A model generated the notes under the pieces. It searched no databases. It had not been told where the DNA came from and saw nothing but the letters and a program-made list of their open reading frames with translations. 64,000 bases of DNA from Immundisolibacteraceae bacterium (GTDB lineage Bacteria; Pseudomonadota; Gammaproteobacteria; Immundisolibacterales; Immundisolibacteraceae): NCBI GenBank assembly GCA_052031065.1, contig JBPEXY010000261.1:833-64832 (forward strand). The letters are read 5' to 3'. A program made the translations under genes and the position numbers. Shown piece by piece: positions 56,402 to 64,000 of this stretch. How positions within the stretch are numbered: position 1 is the stretch's first letter; every line of letters begins with the position of its first letter.

Positions 56402-57220
56402 TTACTCAGCATATTGATGACACTGGACGGTTTCCCAACGCGGTTCCTCAAGACAAAAAGCGGTCAATTTGCGCCCCCAGAGGCAACCTGTATCGAGCGC
56501 GAAAAAAGCCGGGTTGTCAACTACGCCGAGGCTCGACCAGTGGCCAAAAATAACCCGCAGCCTGCGTTCCGCCAGCGCAGGATGTTCAAACCAGGGCGAG
56601 AACCCTTCGGGCTGACTCCCGGGGGGGCCTTTATAACGGACACTGTAAGAGCCATCGCTACGGCAAAAACGCAGCCGCGTCAGATAATCGGTGATCACCC
56701 GCAGGCGATGCATGCCCGTGAGCTCTTCTGACCAGATGTCATCGGCTTCACTATACATCTCCCGATAAAAACACTCAGCGTCATCACCACTCAGTTGCTG
56801 CTCAACCTCAGCAGCGTATTGCATGGCCTCAGCCAGTGTCCAGGCTGGCGCCAAACCGGCATGGACTAGCAGGTATTTGAGGTCTTCATCAAAATGAAGC
56901 AGTGGCCTGCAGCGCAGCCAGTCAAGCAGCAGCTCTCGATCAGGAGCCTCAAGTATCGGTTGCAGGGTATCTTTTTTATGTTGCCTGCCAATGCCTGCAG
57001 CGACCGCCAGCAAGTGCAGGTCATGATTACCCAGTACGGTAACCGCACCCGCACCAAGGTCACGCACAAAACGCAGAACTTGCAGCGACTGCGGTCCGCG
57101 ATTCACCAGGTCACCGACGAACCAGAGCCGGTCGCGGTCAGAATTGAAAACGATTTTTGTTAACAGCTGCTGCAGTTCATCGAAACAGCCCTGCAGATCT
57201 CCAATCGCCCAGGTCGCCAT
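56402..57220 (-). CDS. apaH: Bis(5'-nucleosyl)-tetraphosphatase, symmetrical
   Basis: 272 aa. It begins MATWAIGDLQGCFDEL and has the motifs GDLVNRGP and GNHDLHLL, as in ApaH metallophosphatases. Confidence 0.9.
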   Translation of the reverse strand: MATWAIGDLQGCFDELQQLLTKIVFNSDRDRLWFVGDLVNRGPQSLQVLRFVRDLGAGAVTVLGNHDLHLLAVAAGIGRQHKKDTLQPILEAPDRELLLDWLRCRPLLHFDEDLKYLLVHAGLAPAWTLAEAMQYAAEVEQQLSGDDAECFYREMYSEADDIWSEELTGMHRLRVITDYLTRLRFCRSDGSYSVRYKGPPGSQPEGFSPWFEHPALAERRLRVIFGHWSSLGVVDNPAFFALDTGCLWGRKLTAFCLEEPRWETVQCHQYAE

Positions 57221-57257
57221 CGGCTATAAACGCCAGCCGGATTGACTTAACCCACAG

Positions 57258-57695
57258 CTAGCCATTAAGAATGAATGTGGCAGGTCCCTCATTGGTGAGG
57301 TTGACCTGCATCTCGGCACCGAACTGGCCTGTGGCCACCAGACCATGGGTACTTCGGGCTGACTCAACAAACTGATCATAGACCGACTCAGCGATTTGCG
57401 GCTCTGCTGCCGATTCAAACCCGGGGCGCCGACCTTGCGAAGTATCCGCCGCCAGGGTGAACTGGGGCACGACCAACAGACCACCAGATTCATCGATAAG
57501 CGAGCGATTCATTTTGCCATCGTCATCTTCAAATATGCGGTAGTTCACCACCCGCTGAGCGAGCTTTTCCGCCTGCTCTGCGGTATCGCCCTGCTGCACA
57601 CCAAGAAAGGCTACCAGACCCTGACCAATCTGACCTATCGCTATCCCGCCGACGTAGACTGCGCCATGGGAGACCCGCTGCAGCAACGCAATCAC
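57258..57695 (-). CDS. dtd: D-aminoacyl-tRNA deacylase
   Basis: 145 aa. It begins MIALLQRV, has the SQFTL-like motif PQFTLAADT and the C-terminal motif NEGPATF. It has an ATGA overlap with typA. Confidence 0.9.
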   Translation of the reverse strand: MIALLQRVSHGAVYVGGIAIGQIGQGLVAFLGVQQGDTAEQAEKLAQRVVNYRIFEDDDGKMNRSLIDESGGLLVVPQFTLAADTSQGRRPGFESAAEPQIAESVYDQFVESARSTHGLVATGQFGAEMQVNLTNEGPATFILNG

Positions 57696-59515
57696 GGCTC
57701 CACCGCCGTGCGCGAAGCGCGCTTACGGTCGGACTCACTGAGGAAGCGCTTGCGTACCCGGATCGCATCCGGAGTTACCTCAACCAGCTCATCGTCGGCA
57801 ATAAATTCAAGTGCCTGCTCCAGCGTCATGCGGTTGACTGGCACCAGCTGAATCGCCTCATCATTTCCGGCGGCGCGGATGTTGGTCAGCTGTTTCGCCT
57901 TCATCGGATTTACCACCAGGTCGTTATCGCGGGAATTGACACCAACGACCATCCCCTCATAAATCTCATCACCGGGTTTGATCAGCATTCTGCCACGCTC
58001 CTGCAGGTTAAACAGCGCGAAGGCGACTGCTTTTCCCTGCACGTTGGAGATCAACACACCGTTTTTCCTGCCCGACAGGTCGTTTTTGACGACCGGCGCA
58101 TAACAGTCAAACACCGAGTGCATAAGGCCGGTGCCAGATGTGGTGGTTAGAAAAATGGTGCGCAACCCGATCAACCCCCGCGTCGGCACCCGATAGTCCA
58201 GACGAATTCGCCCCTGTTGGCCTGGCTCCATACCCTGTAGCTCACCGCCACGATCAGCGATCAGCTCCATTACCGCGCCCTGAAAGTCGCTTTCAACATC
58301 GATGGTTAGCAGCTCCCACGGCTCCTGGGTAACCCCATCGATAGTCCGGTAGATGACCTGTGGCCTGGATACCGCAAGCTCATAGCCCTCGCGGCGCATC
58401 GATTCGACCAATATAGAAAGATGCAGTTCACCACGCCCGGAAACCTGAAACACATCGGGATCGGCGCCATCGGCAACCCGCAGCGCTATGTTGGTGATCA
58501 GCTCCCGCTGCAACCGCTCTCTTATCTGGCGGGAGGTGAGGTATTTACCCTCGCGCCCGGCAAAGGGGGATTTGTTGACTTCAAAATTCATACTCACGGT
58601 TGGCTCATCCACCGCCAGTGCTGGTAAGGGCTCAACTGCCGCAGGGTCACACAGAGTGTCGGAAATTCCCAAACCGTCAATGCCACTGACGGCGATAATA
58701 TCGCCAGCCTCAGCAGCTTCAACCTCTTCCCGCTCCAGGCCGTGGAAACGCATCACCTGCAGCACTCGCGCTGAAGAACGGCTGCCATCGGGCCGAACCT
58801 GGGTTATCGCCTGATTGCGGGCGACCTTTCCCCGTTCGATTCGGCCTACGCCAATAACGCCCACGTAGCTGGAATAATCGAGTGCGCTGATACGCATCTG
58901 TAGCGGCCCATCGCTATCCTGACGGGGTGGTGACACGTGGGAGCGAATCGCCTCAACCAGCGGCTTCATATCACCGCTGGTTGAGGTTGGATCAAGGCTC
59001 GCAAAACCCTGCAGAGCGGAGGCATAGATCACCGGAAAATCGAGCTGCTCATCACTGGCGCCGAGCGCGTCAAACAGATCGAAGGTGGCATCGAGCACCC
59101 AGTCTGGTCTGGCTCCAGGACGATCGATCTTGTTGATCACCACCAAGGGTGACAACCCCATCGCAAAAGCCTTCTCGGTGACAAAACGGGTCTGCGGCAT
59201 CGGTCCTTCGACCGCATCAACCAACAGCAGCACCGAATCGACCATCGATAATACCCGTTCAACCTCGCCACCAAAATCCGCGTGGCCGGGCGTATCAACG
59301 ATGTTGATGCGCAAGTCGTCCCACTCAATGGCGGTATTTTTGGAAGTGATGGTGATACCGCGCTCTCGCTCCTGATCACCACTATCCATCATCCGCTTAC
59401 CCACCTGCTGATGGTCGGCAAATGTTCCCGACTGACTCAATAGACAGTCGACGAGAGTAGTTTTGCCATGGTCAACATGGGCAATAATGGCGATATTTCT
59501 TAATGAACTGACCAC
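57692..59515 (-). CDS. typA: Translational GTPase TypA/BipA
   Basis: 607 aa. It has G1 [11 protein letters not shown]3 DTPGHADF and G4 NKID, followed by EF-G-like domains. Confidence 0.95.
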   Translation of the reverse strand: MVSSLRNIAIIAHVDHGKTTLVDCLLSQSGTFADHQQVGKRMMDSGDQERERGITITSKNTAIEWDDLRINIVDTPGHADFGGEVERVLSMVDSVLLLVDAVEGPMPQTRFVTEKAFAMGLSPLVVINKIDRPGARPDWVLDATFDLFDALGASDEQLDFPVIYASALQGFASLDPTSTSGDMKPLVEAIRSHVSPPRQDSDGPLQMRISALDYSSYVGVIGVGRIERGKVARNQAITQVRPDGSRSSARVLQVMRFHGLEREEVEAAEAGDIIAVSGIDGLGISDTLCDPAAVEPLPALAVDEPTVSMNFEVNKSPFAGREGKYLTSRQIRERLQRELITNIALRVADGADPDVFQVSGRGELHLSILVESMRREGYELAVSRPQVIYRTIDGVTQEPWELLTIDVESDFQGAVMELIADRGGELQGMEPGQQGRIRLDYRVPTRGLIGLRTIFLTTTSGTGLMHSVFDCYAPVVKNDLSGRKNGVLISNVQGKAVAFALFNLQERGRMLIKPGDEIYEGMVVGVNSRDNDLVVNPMKAKQLTNIRAAGNDEAIQLVPVNRMTLEQALEFIADDELVEVTPDAIRVRKRFLSESDRKRASRTAVEP

Positions 59516-59634
59516 AAAACGGCCTCGTAAACGCTGGAGTAATGGCGGTTTGCCGGGGAGGAGCGGGCGCGCATTATACAGCGCTCCACCAATTTCTATT
59601 GGGCTACTTCAACCCGAATGGGTGAACAGCTCCT

Positions 59635-60102
59635 TCAGCTTGTCAACATACCGCGGGAAGCGGAGACGGCCACGCTATTAATACGGTCGACCCATTCTGT
59701 GAACAGCACGGGTGCCCGAGCTACCCGGCGACGAGCGTAATCGAAGAACGCCATCTCCGTCACTGCAGTGGCGATAGCTTTCTCGGCGTCATCACTACAC
59801 CGAATCAGTCGGTAATGAAACCGGCAACGGGCTCTGCCAGTCATCGCCAGGCCAACATTGAGCTGCAGCCGGTCAAAGAGAAAAGCTTCGGCCAGATAGT
59901 CCACCTCACTGCGGCGCATAATCAGCCCGACTCCACCGACGTCCGCTTCGTTCCAGCCACCTTCATTCAAAAGTCTCACCCGCCCCTGATGCAGGAACCC
60001 AAGAATGGCATCGTTGGCGAGATGATGGCCTATATTCAGGTCAGTAATTCTGACCTGGAGCTTTTCTTCAAGTAACAGCGGTATCTGCATGCCTATGGAC
60101 AC
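59635..60102 (-). CDS. Hotdog-fold acyl-CoA thioesterase (4HBT/YbgC-like)
   Basis: 155 aa. It has the pattern V...DLN..GH..N...L.....R plus a second strand block typical of 4HBT thioesterases. The start may be Met5. Confidence 0.6.
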   Translation of the reverse strand: MSIGMQIPLLLEEKLQVRITDLNIGHHLANDAILGFLHQGRVRLLNEGGWNEADVGGVGLIMRRSEVDYLAEAFLFDRLQLNVGLAMTGRARCRFHYRLIRCSDDAEKAIATAVTEMAFFDYARRRVARAPVLFTEWVDRINSVAVSASRGMLTS

Positions 60103-60427
60103 TCGTTCACAGCAAGGATTTTTCCGTAACGACGCAAAGGATTCTCAGACCTGGTTCGGAGTTCGGGAATCAGTCGTTGATGACTCCTCAACATCTACTT
60201 TACGCACCTAATAATTCACATTAAGTTAAAGTGATAGTTTACGGTTTTTATTATTAGTTTTATATTTACCACTAACGGCAAGCATACAGTAGAGAATGAA
60301 ACTTGGCGCTCGCCAGCCACACAAAGGTCAACGGCAAACCCGGCGGACTGGTTAGCAGACTGGCTAAAGGGGGTGATCGGCTTTACCACGACCCCCTGAA
60401 TACAGAGACAACAAAGGGAGTGAAATC

Positions 60428-61000
60428 ATGGTCAGGGCATTGTTAATCAATACACGATCGTACTGCGGTCTCGGACTGGCGGCATTGTTACTCACTCCCA
60501 TCGCCGGCCATGCACAGATTATCGACAACAGCACGGTCAGTTATGGACAGGGCCAGGGCGACACTGATGTCTACCGGATTGGTACCAGAAGGGCATGGCA
60601 AAAGAGCTGGTTTAGTGAAGGCAACTGGCATGTTTCCGGCTACTGGCACCTGGAACTGGGTCACTGGCACAGTAACAAACGTGGTGCCCACGAAGATAAC
60701 GCTTTCGAGATCGCAGTAACACCGGTGTTCCGACTTGAACAGAAAAATGCCGACAGCGGCAAGATCGCGCCCTATCTCGAAGCGGGAGTTGGTGCCCGTG
60801 TGATCGGCCCCACCTCTATCGGTGATCGTAGTCTTTCCTCCGTCTTCCAGATCGGCACCCACCTGGGCACCGGTTTGCGCTTTGGCAGCAATGGCAAATA
60901 TGATCTGGGCTACCGTTTCCAGCACATTTCCAATGGCGGACTGAATCACCCCAATAACGGTATTGATATGCATACCGTGAATTTCGGCATCCACTATTAG
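60428..61000 (+). CDS. Outer-membrane acyloxyacyl hydrolase / lipid A 3-O-deacylase (PagL-like)
   Basis: 190 aa. It has a signal peptide, alternating beta-strand pattern, the catalytic-type motif FQHISNGG and a C-terminal aromatic residue. Confidence 0.7.
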   Translation: MVRALLINTRSYCGLGLAALLLTPIAGHAQIIDNSTVSYGQGQGDTDVYRIGTRRAWQKSWFSEGNWHVSGYWHLELGHWHSNKRGAHEDNAFEIAVTPVFRLEQKNADSGKIAPYLEAGVGARVIGPTSIGDRSLSSVFQIGTHLGTGLRFGSNGKYDLGYRFQHISNGGLNHPNNGIDMHTVNFGIHY

Positions 61001-61072
61001 TCGAGACTATAAGTGCAGGGAAGTGCAACTCGCTGATCGTATGCGTTATCAGGTCAGTTCCACCATCAAGAA

Positions 61073-61753
61073 ATGCACTGGCTGATCCTGCTCGGGCTAG
61101 CGATCGTCGTTATTGCCGGTCCCCAGTGGTGGGTCAGTCAAACCCTGAAACGTCATTCACATCCCAGAAACGACCTGGCCGGCAGTGGTGGCGAACTGGC
61201 CAGCCATCTGATTGAGCGATTAAAGCTTTCCGAGGTAACAGTCCAGGGGGACGCTCATGCGGATCATTATAATCCGCTGGAAAAAACGGTTTGCCTCACA
61301 CCAGCTATTGCTAATCAAACTTCTCTGACCGCTATTGTCGTCGCCGCCCATGAGGTTGGACACGCGCTGCAGGATGCGACCAGCTATCCACCATTACGGT
61401 TAAGAACCCGTCTGGCGCAGCTTTGTACAGCACTTGAAAAGAGCGGATCAATCCTGCTGGTAGCCATTCCAGTGGTGATGTTGATCACCCGAATTCCGCA
61501 AACTGGTGCGATGATGTTGTTATTGGTGGTGGCTTCCGTCCTTGCCGGAGTGCTGTTAAACATCGTCACCCTACCGGTCGAATTCGATGCCAGTTTCGGC
61601 CGCGCTCTACCTATTCTCGAGCAGGGCGAGTATTTGAGTCCGGAAGATATACCCGCAGCACGGCAGATTTTGACCGCCTGCGCACTGACCTATGTTGCGG
61701 CCTCACTGCTGAGCATGGTCAACGCCTGGCGCTGGCTACGTTATCGGCGTTGA
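61073..61753 (+). CDS. Membrane zinc metallopeptidase (Zn_peptidase_2 family)
   Basis: 226 aa. It has an N-terminal TM helix, the HEVGHALQ (HExxH) motif and C-terminal TM helices. Confidence 0.8.
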   Translation: MHWLILLGLAIVVIAGPQWWVSQTLKRHSHPRNDLAGSGGELASHLIERLKLSEVTVQGDAHADHYNPLEKTVCLTPAIANQTSLTAIVVAAHEVGHALQDATSYPPLRLRTRLAQLCTALEKSGSILLVAIPVVMLITRIPQTGAMMLLLVVASVLAGVLLNIVTLPVEFDASFGRALPILEQGEYLSPEDIPAARQILTACALTYVAASLLSMVNAWRWLRYRR

Positions 61754-63294
61754 TTTCCTATAACGCCGACGGTAGCCGCGATCGCGTCCATGTAGATCGC
61801 CATACCACGCTCCAGAGCGGCAAGGGGCAACCGTTCGTTGGGGGCATGCACCGGCACCCGATGATCCGGTAATCCCATACCGAAGGCCACATAACCGGGG
61901 AAAGCTTTAGCGTAGGTGGTGCCGCCAATAGCCACCGGCGGCCGATCATCATGCTGCCAGCGACGATAGCTCTCCACCAATTCGGTAACAAACTCATCGT
62001 CGGGATCGACCCAGAGCGAATCCATCGCTGCCACCATCGTCACCTGACCACCGAGGGGCGCTGTCTTGTCCATCAGCGCCTGCTCGATTTCCTGCGCCGA
62101 CAATCCAATTGGCCCACGAATGTTCAGGTAGCAGTGAGTCGACCGTCCATCAGTCTCCACCTGACCAACATTAACAGTAGTACTGCCCATCACCGGATGA
62201 GTTCTGGCTATGCCGAGACTTGATCCGTCAGTTTCTCCGGCCAGCAGCGGACCAAGGAACAGAATTGCGCGCTCTGCTGCGGACGAATCCGCTTTCAATT
62301 CAATCAGACTCGCAACCAGACGCGCTAAATGGGTGATGGCGTTGACACCACTTGCAGGCCGAGAGCCATGACCGGCCTTGCCAAAAGCGGTGATTTCCAC
62401 ACCACCATTCGTGTTAGCAAATTCAAAACTGACTTCAGGGCGTTCGGCCACATACTTCGCAATCGCCATCTCCACTTCTGCGGAAGTACCACCCAGCCTT
62501 AACGAAGCCCTGTCTGGGACCGAGTTGGGCGCTGTCCCTCCCCGAAACTGAGTGATTAACCCTTGTTCACCAACCGGGGCAGGATGAAACGAAACCCGTG
62601 CATTGACAAAGCTCTTCTCTGCATGGACAACCGGGAACATAGCATCGGCTGTCCAGCCACGCGTCGGCGCCAGGCCGAGCGTGGCCACCTGTTCGAAATC
62701 GCCCCAGAGCATATTTTCTTCACTGGTGCCGATGATAACCCTGACCCCCCCCGCGAGCTCGATACCGAGCCGTTTCAGCCCCGCCAACGCATAAAGAGTT
62801 GCGGCAATAGGGCCTTTATCATCTGCCGCACCACGACCCCAGACCGCTCCATCGGCTACGATGGCGGAAAAGGGCGGATATTGCCACTGACTCTCGTCGC
62901 CAGGGGGTACGACGTCAGCATGAAGCAGAATACCGATAGAAGGTGGCTGATCATTGATGTCTATAACTGCAACCTGCTCATCAGCCACCAGTTGGCCGTT
63001 GAAACCGAGCTGCTCCGCATCAGCAACAATAGACTTGAGCAACCGCGTTTTATCAGATCGATAACTATCGGTCGCATCTGTTATCGAAGGGATGGCGATC
63101 CAGCGCTTTAGCGCCTCCAGAGCAGCGGGCAGCTGGTACTCAGCCTCATTTTTAATAAGAGCCTGATCAAGTCCCGCGGGACCTTCTTCGGCCTGAAGCA
63201 GCGGCACCGCGGCCAGAGAGGCAACGGCCAGTAAAAGGGCCTGGCGAAACCGACTGGATATTCGCACCTGCTTAACCAACTGGCACCTCTTCAT
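61741..63294 (-). CDS. M20-family metallopeptidase/dipeptidase, secreted
   Basis: It has the motifs HADVVPPGD and GRGAADDKG and a signal peptide ALLLAVASLAAVPLLQAEE. The start is uncertain: ATG 63294 overlaps the purF end, GTG 63267 is an alternative, and the ORF-track start is 63351. Confidence 0.8.
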   Translation of the reverse strand: MKRCQLVKQVRISSRFRQALLLAVASLAAVPLLQAEEGPAGLDQALIKNEAEYQLPAALEALKRWIAIPSITDATDSYRSDKTRLLKSIVADAEQLGFNGQLVADEQVAVIDINDQPPSIGILLHADVVPPGDESQWQYPPFSAIVADGAVWGRGAADDKGPIAATLYALAGLKRLGIELAGGVRVIIGTSEENMLWGDFEQVATLGLAPTRGWTADAMFPVVHAEKSFVNARVSFHPAPVGEQGLITQFRGGTAPNSVPDRASLRLGGTSAEVEMAIAKYVAERPEVSFEFANTNGGVEITAFGKAGHGSRPASGVNAITHLARLVASLIELKADSSAAERAILFLGPLLAGETDGSSLGIARTHPVMGSTTVNVGQVETDGRSTHCYLNIRGPIGLSAQEIEQALMDKTAPLGGQVTMVAAMDSLWVDPDDEFVTELVESYRRWQHDDRPPVAIGGTTYAKAFPGYVAFGMGLPDHRVPVHAPNERLPLAALERGMAIYMDAIAATVGVIGNQRR

Positions 63295-64000
63295 CTTCTT
63301 CACCAAAATCGATTGACACCTGCTTGGCACTATCGCTACGGGAGAGACCAATTTCGCGCAGATAAGCCTGGTCTACATCACCGGTCACATACTCACCATC
63401 GAAACAGGAAGCATCAAACGTTGTGATGTTCCTGCTTCCTAATGCCACTGCCTGCTTCAAATCACCCAGGTTCTGGTAGAACAACCGATCAGCACCAAGA
63501 TACTCACCCACCTCGTGCTCCTCGCGTCCATGGGCTACCAACTCTGACGGAGTCGGCATATCGATACCATAGACATTAGGGTATCTCACCGGTGGCGCTG
63601 CTGAGGCGAAATAGACATTGCGCGCACCGGCGTCGCGAGCCAACTGAACCAGCTGTTCAGAAGTGGTACCACGGACAATGGAATCATCCACAACCAGAAC
63701 GTTTTTATTGCGAAACTCAATGGAGATCGGGTTAAGTTTACGCCGTACCGAACGGCGCCGCTCCCCTTGTGCCGGCATGATAAAGGTACGTGCAATATAG
63801 CGATTCTTGATGAACCCTTCCCGATAGACCACCCCAAGGTGGTTGGCCAGTTCCAGAGCGGCTGTACGACTGGTATCCGGCACCGGTACAACCACATCGA
63901 TATCGTGATCTGGCCATTCGGCAATTATCTTTTTGGCCAGATATTCCCCCATTCTCAAGCGCGATTGGTATACCGAGACTCCGTCGATAATCGAATCGGG
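63272..64000 (-). CDS. purF: Amidophosphoribosyltransferase, C-terminal part (gene continues beyond right edge)
   Basis: It has the PRPP motif VLVVDDSIVRGTT and the motif VVPVPDTS. The reading frame stays open upstream of the listed Met to position 64000 (...IIDGVSVYQSRLRMGEYLA). Confidence 0.9.
   Translation of the reverse strand, partial: PDSIIDGVSVYQSRLRMGEYLAKKIIAEWPDHDIDVVVPVPDTSRTAALELANHLGVVYREGFIKNRYIARTFIMPAQGERRRSVRRKLNPISIEFRNKNVLVVDDSIVRGTTSEQLVQLARDAGARNVYFASAAPPVRYPNVYGIDMPTPSELVAHGREEHEVGEYLGADRLFYQNLGDLKQAVALGSRNITTFDASCFDGEYVTGDVDQAYLREIGLSRSDSAKQVSIDFGEEDEEVPVG

Overview
This is a 64-kb chromosomal segment from a moderately GC-rich Gram-negative genome. The gene content looks gammaproteobacterial, possibly from a marine hydrocarbon degrader, but that is inference only. 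I call about 58 protein genes. I saw no rRNA, tRNA, CRISPR, transposase or integrase.

Housekeeping genes frame the window: an htpX fragment, single-chain pyruvate carboxylase, an RND efflux pair, tandem USPs, ppx-ppk1-PPK2 polyphosphate genes, a CHAD protein, yaaA, apaH, dtd, typA and a purF fragment.

The dominant content is aromatic oxygenases:
- Eight Rieske oxygenase alpha genes and seven beta genes in five loci, about 14 kb in total.
- An AlkB/XylM-type membrane di-iron hydroxylase.
- An M-S-L molybdenum hydroxylase preceded by an alpha-only Rieske oxygenase.
- An ACMSD-type amidohydrolase, a PaaK-type ligase, and VOC/CMD proteins.

No ferredoxin, reductase, dihydrodiol dehydrogenase or canonical ring-cleavage gene is present.

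The only dedicated regulator is a XylR/DmpR-type sigma-54 activator. It is translationally coupled (TAATG) to an orphan ParA-like ATPase. It faces a complete sigma-54 promoter: two 10-bp palindromes, an IHF core and TGGCAG-N5-TTGCA. Three TAGACCCATCAAAT direct repeats overlie the -12 element and leader of that promoter.

Candidates for undescribed biology:
1. The ParA-like/EBP pair.
2. The repeat-covered sigma-54 leader.
3. A two-gene set with three copies of one VOC module, one of them fused to a CMD domain.
4. A coupled trio of a ferric-reductase-like membrane protein, a secreted beta-barrel-like protein and an adenylating ligase.
5. A CysO/MoaD-like GGG-tailed protein attached to the Mo-hydroxylase operon.
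6. A catabolic island that appears to split a polyphosphate locus.

All functional calls rest on motif recognition by eye. No searches were run.
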